64,000 nt of DNA, from positions 17,484,001 through 17,548,000 of the forward strand of contig JBHGNT010000018.1 of the NCBI GenBank assembly GCA_043228905.1. Direction: 5' to 3'. The stretch is from Azolla caroliniana. Taxonomy: Eukaryota; Plantae; Polypodiophyta. Made by a program: the position numbers and the translations under genes. The notes beneath the pieces were generated by a model. It made no database searches and was not told the origin of the DNA. It saw only the letters and a list, made by a program, of their open reading frames with translations. Shown here piece after piece: positions 35,630 through 49,515 of this stretch; within the stretch, counting starts at the first letter, position 1, and each line of letters starts with the position of its first letter.

Positions 35630-37237
35630 AGTAATTAGGTTCCACAATATGCTTATCCTTCTGGCATCTGTTTCCTCGCAAGAAATCAGATCCATAAACA
35701 GAATGGCATGACACTAAGAAACAAGCCAAAAGAGATATTTCCCCGCAAAAATTTCCCTAGTTTTTGATATGGGAGAAAAATTGGAGTTCCATAATACGAT
35801 TCAAAGGGGGGGGGGGAATGATCCAAATGTCAATGGAAGCATGGCACCAACATTGACAAAAACATGATTAAATGAGAATTAGGACAAGTGGCCGTCTCAT
35901 TCTCTTTCTTTCCCTGTTTACTTCTTTTCTTCAAATCTCTCTACACTATCTCCAACTTTTTACCGAGACAGAAAGACTAGAGAGAGGAAAGTAGAATTTA
36001 TTTTTAACTTACAGATTTTGATCCAAGCCAAGGAAAGCGATGTTGTAAGAAGATGAGTACAGCAAAGGAACCTGAAAAGAGAAAGGATTCACAAAAACAT
36101 CAATGGTTCAATGAGAGAAAACAAGACAGACCAAGAATTTAGGGTTTTTGTTGGGGTTTCCCTTGCATTGTGTGTTTAGAAGCCTAATTACTAAAGTAGC
36201 TAACAAACAAGCATATTATTACATTGAGTTGATCAATCGGTGACATGCAATACTCATACCACCTGAAATAGTGCATACCATATCATACACATGCCACTTG
36301 ACAAAAAGCTTTATAAACGCAAAAACTGAGTTTTTGTCCATTCATTGTACCATCAAAGTGTAAACCATCCCGCCTACATTCTCCAATGAACGATAAATCA
36401 CCCCGATTTACCTACAGCATTCGATTTGATATCAGCAAAAGCATTATATAGATTTGATTTCTGTGCATTCTTGGGCTTCGTTGATGGGAATGTGATTGTG
36501 GCTTTCTTCTCAACGGAAGCCATCATGTGCCTTGGCAATGCTTTGTTTTAGGGAGGGGGTAATACTAGCATTTAGACTGAAGACGTTCTCTGCAGGCGTA
36601 AGTCAAATGGCTCATGTACACATTTTTTATGCTTGAGAGTGGAAGCAATCAATGCTTGAGACTGAAAAGATATTCATGACAAGATGACTGTGATAATATA
36701 TGTATGTGAAACCAGCCAGAGATGGAGATGGAGATGGAGAAAAGCTGTTTCTAAATGGGAGAAGCAGAAAGAAGATGATGAGCTTCTTCTTCTTCTTCTT
36801 CTTCTTGCGCAGGCTTTTCGTACGTTCAAGTCATTAAATGAATAAATAAATGAAGTGGAATCAAATTATGAATTGTGTTTTGTTTGTGTAATTACATATT
36901 AACTAGAGATGAGATGATGGGATTACATGGCATGCATGAGATATCATGGTCACGCATGCATGGAACATGATGGTCATGCGTGGGTTGATGGGATTCCATG
37001 CCATGCATGAGATATCATGGGCATGCATTAGCTAGCATAAACACGATGGTCATGCATGGGTTGATGCCCACATGCCGCGAGTTTCATTCACGGACATAAA
37101 GGAATGTCCATGGATGGGAATATGGCCATGGCCTAACATTGTGTCATTCTCCAAGTTTGTTTTGAGAGATGGTTCGATCACATCGGGCTATCAATGAGGA
37201 GGAGTGGAATCATGTTAGCATATTGATTTATTGCATT

Positions 37238-40200
37238 TGTTATGAACTCATGCATGTAATGAGTTATGTTATAAACTTATACCTATCTTAGTCGTGATGT
37301 CAATAGTATGCATGCATCCCATCACCTGGTGGGTTATAAACTCATGTGTCTTAATCATTTTGGCATTCTATAGAAGAGCAAGAAGAGCATAGCCTATGAG
37401 CTTATATCTTGAAATTATATTGATATGCGATTAGTGATCTGGATTAATATCTAATCGCTCTTTGATCTTGCGTAATAGTCTATAATCAGTCTATTCTATA
37501 ACACGTTATTAGCACGATCAACGTCTACCATTGCAATTAATTATTCTCTTAGACAAATCTACCTTATTGTTACCATTAGTATAGCTTCTCAAGCTCTTCA
37601 AATAGAGAAATGCTTATTCCCGCCATTTGCGTTCGATGGGTCCAATTATATGACTTGGATGGTTCATGTTGAAGGCCATCTCACGACGAAAGATCTCCTT
37701 CATAAGGTAAGTGATAATTTTAATGATGTTGAGAACTGAAATGCTAGGAAGAAGGGAGCGGAAGCATTCATCTTGATCCTTCATCACCTTGATCTAAGCC
37801 TTCAGAATCAATACTTCTCCATCAAGAATCCATCAACTCTCCGAAAGCAAATCAAACTTGACCGCTTTGATCATCAATGAACTGTTCTCCGCCCCAACAC
37901 TTTACATGAATGGAATCAACTTCATTTTCAAGATTTCAAGTCAGTTGTTGAATATAATTCCTCACTATTTGGTATCGTTTCTAAACTTAAATTTTGTGGT
38001 CATGACAACCTTGTTCAAGAGGCAAATCTAATCAACAAAACGTTAACTAGTTTTCATCCCTCAAATTTTAATCTTTCCGAACAATATCGTAATCGTGGTT
38101 TTAAAACCTATGTTGAACTTTTATCTGAACTTCTTGTCGCTAAGAAACACCACCAAGTGTTCCTCAAGAATAATAAACTTCATCCAATTAGCCAACTTGT
38201 GGCTCCTCTACAATTTAAGGATTTGACGCATGTCGAGATTAATTATTCTAGACGACAACATCGTCATCAACACCCATATGCACAAATTCGAGGAAGACGA
38301 ACAATAGGAATCAATATCCCAAAAGTAATCAAGTCAAGCTAATGTACCATCAATCAAAGTCAAGTCAAGATAATGCTTCATCCAATTCATGTCTTTGATG
38401 TGGTCTACGAGGGTATTAGGCAAATACTTGCCAAACTTCTAAGTTTCATGTTGATCTTTATCAGAAGTATGGCAAGCAAGGTCAAGATAGGAAATCGAAG
38501 GCTAATATGGTAAACACCGGGTCATTTGAAATAGGTAATATGTCACATTCTCTTTTTCATATCTTAGTGAGATGTTAAAAAATGCCCTATTTAAGCAGAA
38601 TTTCAAAAAGGCACGATGCATGCATATGTGGTTTATGAAAACATAGCGAAAAATAGAACTAACTAATATCACGACAACAAAATCATCCGACGTATATTCT
38701 ATCTACCATGTTTTTGTCCAAAACTTAGATAAGGTATAGATGTCAACGCAAGTATAATAGTAACACATGTCATTGTGCATATTCTAAAAAGCATACCCCA
38801 CTGAATAAGTGACTTCTTTTAATTATGTGTGTATATTTATATAAAATATTTCTTAAAAAGCAAATTGTGAACCTGACAATTAAGAGATACTACTATGTTG
38901 AGAGAAAAATTCCCTTGACACGTGATACATGACACCGTCAATGTAGAAATAAACTAGTCTACAATAGCATTCCAATCATATGAGCAAATGATAGAGTATA
39001 ATTTTATCTCATATAAACCGCAAATAATAAAGGAGACTTCAAACAACAAGTACACATACAAATTATACTTAATCTCTAAGTTCAATGCATGTTACACGAA
39101 AATTATAAATAAGCTCAACTTATATATTACATCAAAATTTAACAATTCATATTGTTCAAATTTTACAATAAGCCATATGCATTCAATCCAATAATAGGTT
39201 TGGTAAAGCCGGCTCTTCCGCATTAGCTCCTTCATCAAGATTGTCCTCATTGGCTTCGTCGGTACGCTCAATAGAATCATTAGTGTGTTCAAACTCTAAC
39301 ACGTCTTCTAATTCAACAAGGTCCCCTGCTTCTTCAACTATAGGTTCCATAGGTTCTCTAGAAGTCATCTGGAACATCTTAGTTTCATTGATATTCTTTG
39401 CCCCAACATCTTGGTCTTGATCTGGACAGTCCTAGGATACCTTGGATCCTCATTTTGATGAAATTAACATTATCAAGGGTCCTTCTCCAATGCAACAGAG
39501 TTCCTGAACATCTTTAAGGTGCATGTTGTAGTAGTACCTAACAGTAGAATGAAATTGCACATGTAACATCAAACTAAAGAATAGATTATACATTAATCTA
39601 AATTGATGCGACAAGTTTTATATTATATACCTGTGCCGGAAAACAAATCTAAAACCCAATCATTTGGGTTTGAAAACAACTGAATTAGGTGGTTGATTAG
39701 TCTTTTTGGTTTTTGACACTCAGCCACCAGGTTGCCTTCATCAATGAGTACCCGTCTAGTCCCATTCAAGCTTTCTACATCAAGGATGAGATTAGGTGAG
39801 TCATTATCTTCGTACTCAACATTCCGAAGTCTACCGTATGTGAAGCTCTTGACTAAATCCATTTTTTCCTTTCCTTCGGACTTTGCAAATATTAGGAATA
39901 ATACTCCATCTTCCTCGACGTAAACCAAACTCGAAAAACAGCCTATGGGATTTGCTTTGTTGATAGCCATCATAACCCCTTTTCGCAGGAGACATGATCT
40001 TAAGATTGAAGGCGGGGACTTTTTGGCGAGGTTCACTAAAATAGAATAAATATTTTAGTAGTAGCATGATAAAGAAACCAATTATTTAACTATAGGCAAT
40101 AATTAGGTTGATAAACCCTAAAATTGCCCACATAGGTGCAATTTATTAGCTTTTTTTTATCGATATCCATGTTCGTTTGTTTAGTAGAAAACCTTGTGTT

Positions 40201-41532
40201 TTCAACGGGAATTCGATACACAAGGCTTTGACGCTTCCTACACTGTCAAAGTTGACCATTGAAGCCTATACCCCGAAGCCAGAAGTACAACATTTGGATG
40301 AAGTACAACAATTTGAAATGAAAGACCTCGGTTTAACCACATTTTGCTTATAAGATCTCTTATATCCATAAAATATTAAAACGGTTTTCTATTGATCAAG
40401 CTCATTCTACTAGAACTCCTATGGTAGTTTGCTCTTTGGACCCTTCTCGTAACCCATTTTAGCCAAGATCTTTTGACGAGTCAGCATTTGGACCACAGTA
40501 CCCTTAAATGGTTGTTGTTGGCGCACTTATGTACTTGGCTAATTGTACGCATCCGGACATTTCATTCGTTGTCAATTTGCTGGCTCAGTATAGTCACGAT
40601 CCTACCAAGTGACACTAGACTAGAATTAAGCTGATTTTCCAATATTTACGAGGCACTGAAGATATGGGTCTTTTCTTTACCAATGGTTCTATGCACGGTC
40701 AATTGACCGGTTATTCTAACAATGGGTTCTTATCTAACTCTCATGTTGGCAAATCACAAATAGGTTATGTTTTCCTTGTTGGTGGTACAACGATCTCTTG
40801 GAGATCAACAAAGCAAACATTCGCTGCAACATCGTCAAATCATGTTGAGATATTGGCATTACATGAAGCAAGTTGAGAATGCCTATTGTTACAATGCTTA
40901 ATCAGGCATAATGGAAGTTCTTGCGGTTTTATCGGCCCCCATTACCAACAATTATCTATGAAGATAGTTATGCTTGCATTAATCAATTCAAGAAGGGCTT
41001 CATTAAAGGTGATTGAATCAAACATATTTCTCTCAAGTTTTTCTTTACTCGTGAGCTCAATGATAATTATATCAACATTCAACCTATTACATCAAGCAAG
41101 AACTTCGCGGATATTTTTACCAAAAGCTTACCTGCATCAAAACAATGGCTGAACATTCCTTCTCTTGGACTCAAAAGATTATCAGAGCCGATGAGCTAAA
41201 ACAATGATGATGAGATGAGGGGGAGTATTATGAACTCATGCATGTAATGAGTCATGTTATACCTATCTCATGCATGTAATGATGTAAATAGTAAGCATGT
41301 ATCCCAGCATCTTTTGGGTCATAAATTCATGTATCTTAATCATTTTGGCATCTTGAGGGCTTATTGTCTGACAATATAGAAGATAACCTATTAAGTGCAT
41401 CTGCACTAGGCATTCATCATAGCCAATGAGCTCTATCTTGAGATTATATTGATATGCGATTAGTGATCTGGATTAACATCTAATCGCTCTTTGATCTTGC
41501 TTAATAGTCTTTTATCAGTCTAGTTTATAACA
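37238..41532 (+). mobile_element. Mirror copy of the Bianca-like copia element
   Basis: LTRs 37238-37503 and 41226-41532, PBS-like cgttattagcacga at 37504, PPT gagggggag before 41226, RNaseH ORF 40664-40876. Confidence 0.92.
39183..40035 (-). pseudogene. Mirror copy of the N4-C/N6-A DNA methyltransferase pseudogene
   Basis: ECQKPKRLINHLIQLFSNPNDWVLDLFSGTG, with the same intron and stops as 6733-7585. Confidence 0.82.
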
Positions 41533-43859
41533 ACATTGATCCAATCTTCCTTTAAAATCTTCATCCTAGATACAATATGTCACTTACACTATGCATTTAT
41601 TCATCGTGACCATGGAGTGGGATGGGTTTCTTGGGCCTATCAATATCCATGAAGTGATGGAAGTTGGTTTATGCAACAATTATATGGTCCTTCTATCCTA
41701 TCTTCATTGTCAATCCTATTATCCGGTAGCCAAATATACAAACTCATGGACTTGCACTATTATTGTGTAGTCTACACTTTGATTGATCAAATGTTATTGT
41801 TGATAAAACTATTCTATGTCGTGGAATATGCAACCTAATGCAATCCAACGTGCCCACATGTCCAGACTTGTTGGTTTATTTGATGACCTCTCTCCTTTTT
41901 TAAGTGATGTGATGCATGTCTAGGTGCTTTCATCGTGTTTGAGAGATTAATTTGTAGCTTGTGCCTTCACCAATAATGCGGTTCAGATCGATAAATATGT
42001 GCATTAGATTATATGTGAGCTATGTGAGCTTGTATGGTGTACTAACTAGGTTTCAATGCTATGTAGTGAATATGTGCATGTAATGAATAAATTTTGTATT
42101 TACACATACAAGTGCATATTGTGAAAAGCACATAGAGAGAATCCAAACAAGCTTGCCTTGCTTCTTACTTCTTACTCAATTTATAGTTGATACGTTGATA
42201 CCCATTTTGGTTGGTTTGGCTACATGCGTGCTAAACGGGTGCCACAAAGGAACAAAGGTACACCACAACATGACGGCATGCGCTTGCTCAAAACGTACAC
42301 CACAATATATATGTTTGCATAAAAATGTGTCTATTAGTGTAATTGTGGAGGAGTATGTGTGGATACATTTATATAGAAGCATGTCTACCCTCATGTATAC
42401 TTGTGAATGAGCATGTATAATTAATTGTGTATTTCTATGTTATATGTGTGTGTATGTGCGTATAGACGTATGTGTATGTGCATGAGTATTAGTATGTGGA
42501 TGTGTGTGTGTGTGTGTGTGGGGGGGGGGGGATATGGATGTGGATGTGGACGTATGCATATGGGTTATCACGAAGCGTACAACCATCTTGGCAGCTAAAA
42601 ATGTGAAAAAGGGAGACCAGCGTTTCAAGACAAAAGTAGAGTATTTTCCAAGAAAGTCAGAAAGTGGACACATTGAGTAATAAACCAATAGAGTATGGAC
42701 CATGTCCAACCAAATATTATGCACCACTTACACTCATGAGACCCTAACTTGATGTTCTTTTCCAAAAGGATAAGTTAAGTATGTTGGTGAGTGGGAGGGA
42801 GCTATTGCTGAAAATGTAAATTTATCCTTCCCACTTTAGCTCATGGGCAAGTTTTAGGAGGACGCAAAGTAAACAAGAGAAAAAGTTCACAAAGTGAGAG
42901 GCGAAGATTAGTACTATCTCAAACCTATGTTTAGGGCCATGTACCTATAGGTTCGGCGTTGTGCTTTCATCCCTAGTGCAAAGCTTCAAATGTTGTGTCA
43001 TGCCCAAAGAGAGGCCAACCGATTATTGCTTCTCTTCTACTCGTCAACCAACAACAAAGTATTCACCTCCACAACATTCATTCATATGCTTCAGAACTAG
43101 GGACAACATGCCTATATCCTTCGTTTGATGTCCTACGAACGAAACTATGTTTTGCTTGATATGGCTGGTGTTGACCACACTCTATGGAGGGGATGTGCTT
43201 TGAGGTACTATTATGCCATGCATTATTTACCTCGTTACCCAATAGGGAACTAACAATTTTTGGGAACCCAAACTTGCACAAATTGTGTGCAATGCTATTA
43301 TGGATTCAAGTTCATGTGGGAGAGGTCAAAGGTCCTTTATTTCTACCACCCCTTGAGAGGGGTTTAAACAATAACATATGCTCTACTACTAACACCTAGT
43401 ACCTAGTTTTGAAGCTGTCACAAAAATATGATATTGTGACTTATAATTGAAAGGCTGAAGGAAAATCTAACATCTAGTCTTTAAAATAGTGAATGATTCC
43501 AACCTCACTTGTTACATATGCCATTTGTGGAACTAACCATGAATGCTTGGATTATGGATATATTGGTTTACAGTGACATTTCACTTCCATTTCCACCATT
43601 ACGTATCCATGAATGAGTTGTTGCCCATCTTCATTTGGTTCTACAATCCATCTTTCTTGATCAGAGGAGAGCTCTATCATATCTGAGAGGACTCACAATG
43701 GTCACGTCACCACTGTGTGTGATCCAAGAAACCTATAATGATAATAATAATAATAACTCCATAACTGGCAATCTGAGTTACAAGATTTTTTCTTTGAGGA
43801 GTACTGATTACCCTAATCACTGTAATTTTAATTAGAGCAATGTGGTCTTCTTCTTGCTG

Positions 43860-44082
43860 ACATGCAACAGCTGCTGCACAGAATAAATCTGTTCGCCTCC
43901 AGAACTTCAATGACTCGTGGCATTGACCAGAAACGTTGCAGCCACACTGAGGCTCCTATAGGCACCAGCCAGCACTTCGAATCCCTTTCCGTGAAGTGTA
44001 AACTCCAGCTTCTTCATCTTATTCACATGCTCCTCCTGCTGTTGCTAATTCCGCTCTTTCTGCAGATAATGGAGTGGCATAA
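43860..44082 (-). pseudogene. Residual Dof-like gene fragment (hairpin deleted)
   Basis: Reverse complement of ~2648-2870. Confidence 0.8.
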
Positions 44083-44096
44083 TTAGAGCAATGTGG

Positions 44097-44709
44097 TCTA
44101 TTGGGAAATCGTTAGTATGAAATGCATCATTCTTCAAAGATTGCCATTTGTAACGAATCCTTGACAAACTTGATGGACTGACCACCCACCACGAGGCAAA
44201 AGGAATGATAAAGATGTGTGTATTCTTATCTCCTCTTGTCCATTCCCTCGTAGAAACTTGGGATGGAGATTGAATAAAAACCCACCATGGGTGACATAGT
44301 GAAAGAGCCCTTGGCTTGTATAAGTAGACACTAAGCAGGACAAAAGATCAACAATGGAAGGGGTCTCGTTTACTCCACCCCGACAACTTCTATCGCAACC
44401 ACATGTGTTGTTTTTCCTTTTACCATTAGAAGGCCACATCAACCCTTTCCTTCATCTAGGGGAACAGTTGAGCACCTTCAGCATTTTGTTGACACTCCTT
44501 GTCCTTGGCCCATCGCAATTGGCCTCCAATGGCACCCTACGAACTCAATCCCACCCTACACACCAATTCAAATGGAACAAAGGAAACACATACTATGTTC
44601 CAATTCCATCAAACAAAAGAAACACATTCCTCACGTCATGATGATGATGTGAGTGCCGTCATTTTGTAGTACCTTTAATAATAATACAGTGACATTGTCT
44701 ACTTCTTTG

Positions 44710-44768
<59 letters not shown>

Positions 44769-45660
44769 ATTGTTCAGTTCTTGATCTTGATCTCTGCTAA
44801 GTTGTCTTTCCCTTGTTTAATCTGTTCATCTTGGTTTTGTCTCTGTCATCATCTTGTTGATCTTCTTACTATAGTGTTGTTCTTGTTTCCACACTGACGA
44901 CCTTGACTCCAACATTTGGTATCAAAGCGAAGGTTCTTCAATCAGTTGTTGGTCGTCTTTTGTCTTCAATAACACTGAATTTGACAACACACCCTTTGGA
45001 GACCCCAAGTTGATCTGACTCTTGGAACAGACTCAAGATCTCTGTCGGACAGAGATCTTTTGATCGGCAACTACGGTTGAAGTTAGCAATGATGGACTTA
45101 GGTTCAGCTCGACACATACTCAGAATGAAGATTAGTTGGCACCGAAATTAACGACAATTGTTGTTGTCTCAAGCCAAATACATCAAACGTGTCTTGGAGC
45201 GCTTCAACATGCAATCAACCAAATCTGCTTCAACCCAGCTCCCCATTAGCCTTCGGCTATCTCAACGAGACTATTCGACATCCACTCCGGAGGGGGAAAT
45301 GATGAAGTTTGTACTGTATGCATCAACAGTTGGCTCCTTGATGTTCACGATGGTCGCAACATGGCTAAACATAGCTCATGCCATAGGAGTCGTCAACAGA
45401 TTTATGAATAACCCTAGCCGACCACATTGGAACACAATCAAGCATGTATTTAGAGACCCAGTGGGCACACAAGACCTTGGTATCCTCTTTGTCCCCAATA
45501 AGACCTCAACCATAGTAGGCTACACCGACTTAAACTTTACTGGTTGTCATACAACTGAAATTCAACTACCAGTTACTTCTTCTGATTCGGCACTAGAGCA
45601 ATATCGTGGAAGTCGAAACTTTAGGAGTGCACAACCACCTTGACCACCGAGGCCAAATGG
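44097..45660 (+). mobile_element. Internally deleted Ty1/copia element: LTR-like segment, PBS, RT-RNaseH remnant
   Basis: LTR-like end ccaaca at ~44914 followed by tggtatcaaagc (tRNA-Met PBS-like); MMDLGSARHIL...LSQAKYIKRVLERFNM...HWNTIKHVFR...GYTD. The left boundary is uncertain. Confidence 0.8.
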
Positions 45661-46325
45661 ATAGCCGAAAGTCAACTACCATTGGAGCAATATCGTGGAA
45701 ATGGAACTTCAGGAACATATTGGCCCCATTGGCATACATGTAACAAAGTAACCATCCTCCCTTCACATCTCTCATAATGTGTTCTACACTATTGAGAGCC
45801 ATATCGATATAAGGTGTATAATACATAATTTAAAAGACGTCGGTAATGATCTAAATGACTGAACGAAGACTAGCTAACAAACTAAACCCCCACCAATTGC
45901 TAGTTAAGTATAGAAAATAAAGGCTATAGAGGTATAACCTCTTAAATTCAAAATGTTGATCTTCTTATTCGAAAGACCATTAATCTTCTTTGAGGCACCA
46001 ACATCGCATCTTTGACTGTTACCTAACCCAATCTAACCATTCGCTGAAATTGAAGGTTAAGAAGTTGTTCACCTTCCCACCTCAACAACCTTGATGTTAT
46101 CAAAACCTCCATTTATATGGATTTGGCACATCGCCCATCTTGTGGGGGATACCATTGCACATCCTCCATTTGATTGACTTGTAGCATGAGTAAGAGCGTT
46201 GGGTAAAGAGAATTATGATTGTTCTTTGTTCATTACCTTGTGTGGTTGTGCTGTTTTCTATCAACTTCTCCCCGTGTCTCTTGAGTTCGAGCAAGAAAAG
46301 CCTCAAGCATTGTTGATCCTCATAT

Positions 46326-46328
46326 TGT

Positions 46329-46365
<37 letters not shown>

Positions 46366-47261
46366 ATTGAATGGAAAGTATTATATTGCACTATAAGACA
46401 GATTACAAAGAGTAGGCAAAACAAGGAGCTCTAGAATGGTGTTAAACCAATTTGGTTTTGCGATGATTAATAATTTCCTATTTATATGTCCCTATAGGGT
46501 ATTCTCGAAGGTTCTCGAATATAGCGTACTCTAGACGGTTCTAGAATATAAAACACGCTAGAATATTCTAGAATACAAAGTACACTAAAATATTCTTATG
46601 ATATTCTATATATTTATGTTATTTATACAAACATATTATTACAATGGCTAAGGATTTGATTTGTATAGAATAAGGTTGTGGGTTCAAATCCTTTTGAGGG
46701 ATCATGTGAGTGTCATCATGACAAGGCATCATCATTATGTGAGTGGCATCATGATGCTACCGGCCTAACGTAACACGGTGTTGGATACTTGTCCTTTAGT
46801 ATCCGACTCAAGGTCTTGTGCTCGGGGAGTCACAATGGGATCCTCTCGTTTTTGAACCGATAGTAGTAACCCATGTAGGAATCAAAGATTGTGTGACTAT
46901 GGAAATGAACACAAGCTGGCTACAATCGAATGGTTATGAATGCGTTACGCATGAACATAAGGATTTGACACAAATCAATTATGACACAATACACAGTGTA
47001 TGAGGTAACATAATTTTATTATGGAAGATCCAATTGATACAATACTATTTGACTCGTTTTTACATGCTTTCCATGTCCCTTTTTATACAGATCATGGGTG
47101 GTTACGAATAGAGCATGAACCACTGCTACTAATAATAATTATTTCCGTTTTAAGTTCGGCTTTCTTTACTGCTTCGCTCGGCCCCGCTCGTCTTTAGTTA
47201 AGCCCGTAACCATTTATTAGTCTTTTCACACTTGGTCGTCCGAACCTGCCAACACATGACA
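46326..47261. mobile_element. Solo LTR inserted in a LINE remnant
   Basis: TGTCA...TGACA termini with 5-bp TSD catat (46321-46325 and 47262-47266); removing it restores tcctcatattccatta as seen at 31311. Confidence 0.85.
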
Positions 47262-47920
47262 CATATTCCATTAGCTTGCATAGTAAGCCAAGGCTTTGCT
47301 TAAAAGAGGCAATGGTATCTCCCCCTTATCTCACCCAAAACCCTTCAAAATCTCTTGGTTGGGATCCCATTTTTGTAGCCTTTGATTGAATCATAGCATG
47401 AGGAAGAGTGATGGGTAAAGGAAGTTATGATTGTTCTTTGTTCATTAGTTTGTGTGGTTGTGTTGTTTTCTATTAACTTCCCCCATGTCTCTGGAGTTCT
47501 AGCAAGAAAAGCCTCAAGAATCGTTAGTCCTCATATTCTATTACCTTGCGTAGTAGCGCAAAGCCTTGCTTAAAAGAGGCAATGGTATCTTCCCTTATTT
47601 CATAAAAAAAAGCACAATAACAAATAGAATGTTCTTCGGATTCCACTCCTTGATGACACAAGTGGCAAATTCTTTCTTCTAGAGGTATTTGTGCAATATA
47701 TCTACCTACCTCAATCTCTGATTGGTGTGAATAGGCATTTAGATATCTTTGTAGTCCTTCCACGGGTGTTAGCAACTTAATATCCTAAACATATAGTAAC
47801 ATTTGTATGGATATAAATGATAGCCATCAACATAGTATCATAAACATATGATATTTGTATGGATATACATGGTATCCATCAACACAACATCATCAACATA
47901 TAGTAATATTTGTATGGATA

Positions 47921-48494
47921 TGTTAGGATTGGAACCAGCCACAACCGATTACTCGTACGTGTGTTCCGGTGCAAAGAATCGACAATGACAGTGCATAGAG
48001 GAGCAGAAATAAAAAACACAAAAACGAGACACATGTATTTAACGTGAAAACCCTGATAGGAGAGAAAAGCACGTGGAGTCCACAAACTCTAGAAAAAAGA
48101 TCACTATGGGGAAAGAAGTACAACAAGACGATTCAAGGCAACGACCTTGAGCTCTTCTTTATCAAGTGACAACTACACAGTTACACACTCTTTCACTTTG
48201 TATCACTCTCACTAGTTACAAAGGCAACTACCTTCGCTAACTATGTCACTATACAACGATAATGATCTACTACACTTCTTAAAGTTTGCCCTAGTTGTTT
48301 ATATACTAAAACAACTTTCTGGCTATTTACAAATATATCCCACTAGGGTGACATTTGGACTATTTATAAATATAGTCTTCCGAATCGGTCATAAATCAAT
48401 TCTCCATTTCGAAAATCAAAATTTGGCCTCACCGAGCTCTTCTAACAATTCGACTCTTCTCTTCATCCCATCCGGAGGGACATGTTTCCTAACA
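47921..48494. mobile_element. Solo LTR (copia-like) inserted in a LINE RT
   Basis: TGTTAGGA...TCCTAACA termini with 5-bp TSD ggata. Confidence 0.88.
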
Positions 48495-49287
48495 GGATAT
48501 GTATGCTAGCCATGCTCTTGGATTACTCAATCTCTCTATGTAATGTGACACCTCAACTAAGGGTATCCTTGTTTTACTCTAATTGTGTTTTACTCTAATT
48601 TGCATGACGACCTTTGGCATGGCAACATATTCCTTTCATATATTAGGGCTTCACCAATCAAAGACCATCCATCTTATGGAAAAGCTAGACGTATGTTTCC
48701 AAAAACATATCCATTATTTTTCAATAAGCTTGGATGCCAAGCCCAATGAGCAACTCTTCTTGGTTACATCAGCACTTAATGCATGGAGATGGCATACTAG
48801 ACCATCCAGTCATGTCAATCGGCATGCTCAGTCCATTGACATGAAGTATATCTTCATGCACGAAATGCCTTACTTTAGACCAGGAGTCATGCTGGTGCTA
48901 ATGACACCATTTCACTTATTTTGCAGTTTTTTTGTGGCAGCTTCCACACTCATGGAAGAACTCTTCGTAGATGTCAATTGCTCACATATCCTTCCATGAT
49001 ATTTGGGCTTCATCAAAACATGACCATGATGGTAGATGGAAAACCTAAATTACGATTTCCAAAACCATATATACACACAGTAGAGAGGATCCAACTATTC
49101 CTCTTCATGCTGCCCATATAACTATTTTGTTTACAGTTATAGTTAATTATTCTCGTTGGAGATGTTGGCCCATATAACTATGGTTCTCGTTGGAGCTGCT
49201 CCAGATCAAAACCGATTCAGATTTCATATCATCATCACCATCATCATCCATGGGATGGATTTATTGGTTTCCCAGAATTTCCATCGC

Positions 49288-49515
49288 TCATGTCCCATTG
49301 ATAAGAAACTGGAACGCCATCCAGCCAGTCCAAATGTTCATCCTGCATACCTTTCCAACCAAATGAGCTTTGGAATGGCAAATCGTACAATGAGTACGTA
49401 AACTGCATTTCATCATCGAATGGCCGGTGTTGAGACAGGTGGTACATTGCACCGCTTGTCGGAACCGCAAATCTTCTAATGTAGGGAAATTTCTGTGTAA
49501 TGTTGACATATTCAT
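49288..49515 (-). mobile_element. Gag-like zinc-knuckle remnant
   Basis: CTTCLNTGHSMMKC...CTICHSKAH: one full CX2CX4HX4C knuckle and a second partial one. Confidence 0.6.

Larger units (their letters stand above)
33441..44438. repeat. Right arm of large inverted duplication; lacks the segment equivalent to ~341-2647
   Basis: Reverse complement of 1-13247, with a deletion junction at ~44082-44096. Confidence 0.97.
46100..48600 (-). mobile_element. Cluster of LINE fragments interrupted by two solo LTRs
   Basis: PLEERICHLCHQGVESEEH..CYC (47524-47775). The RT segment EVSHYIERLSNPRAWLAYISIQILLYVDD is split by the 47921-48494 insertion. Repeated 3' ends at 46140-46325 and 47350-47530. Confidence 0.8.
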
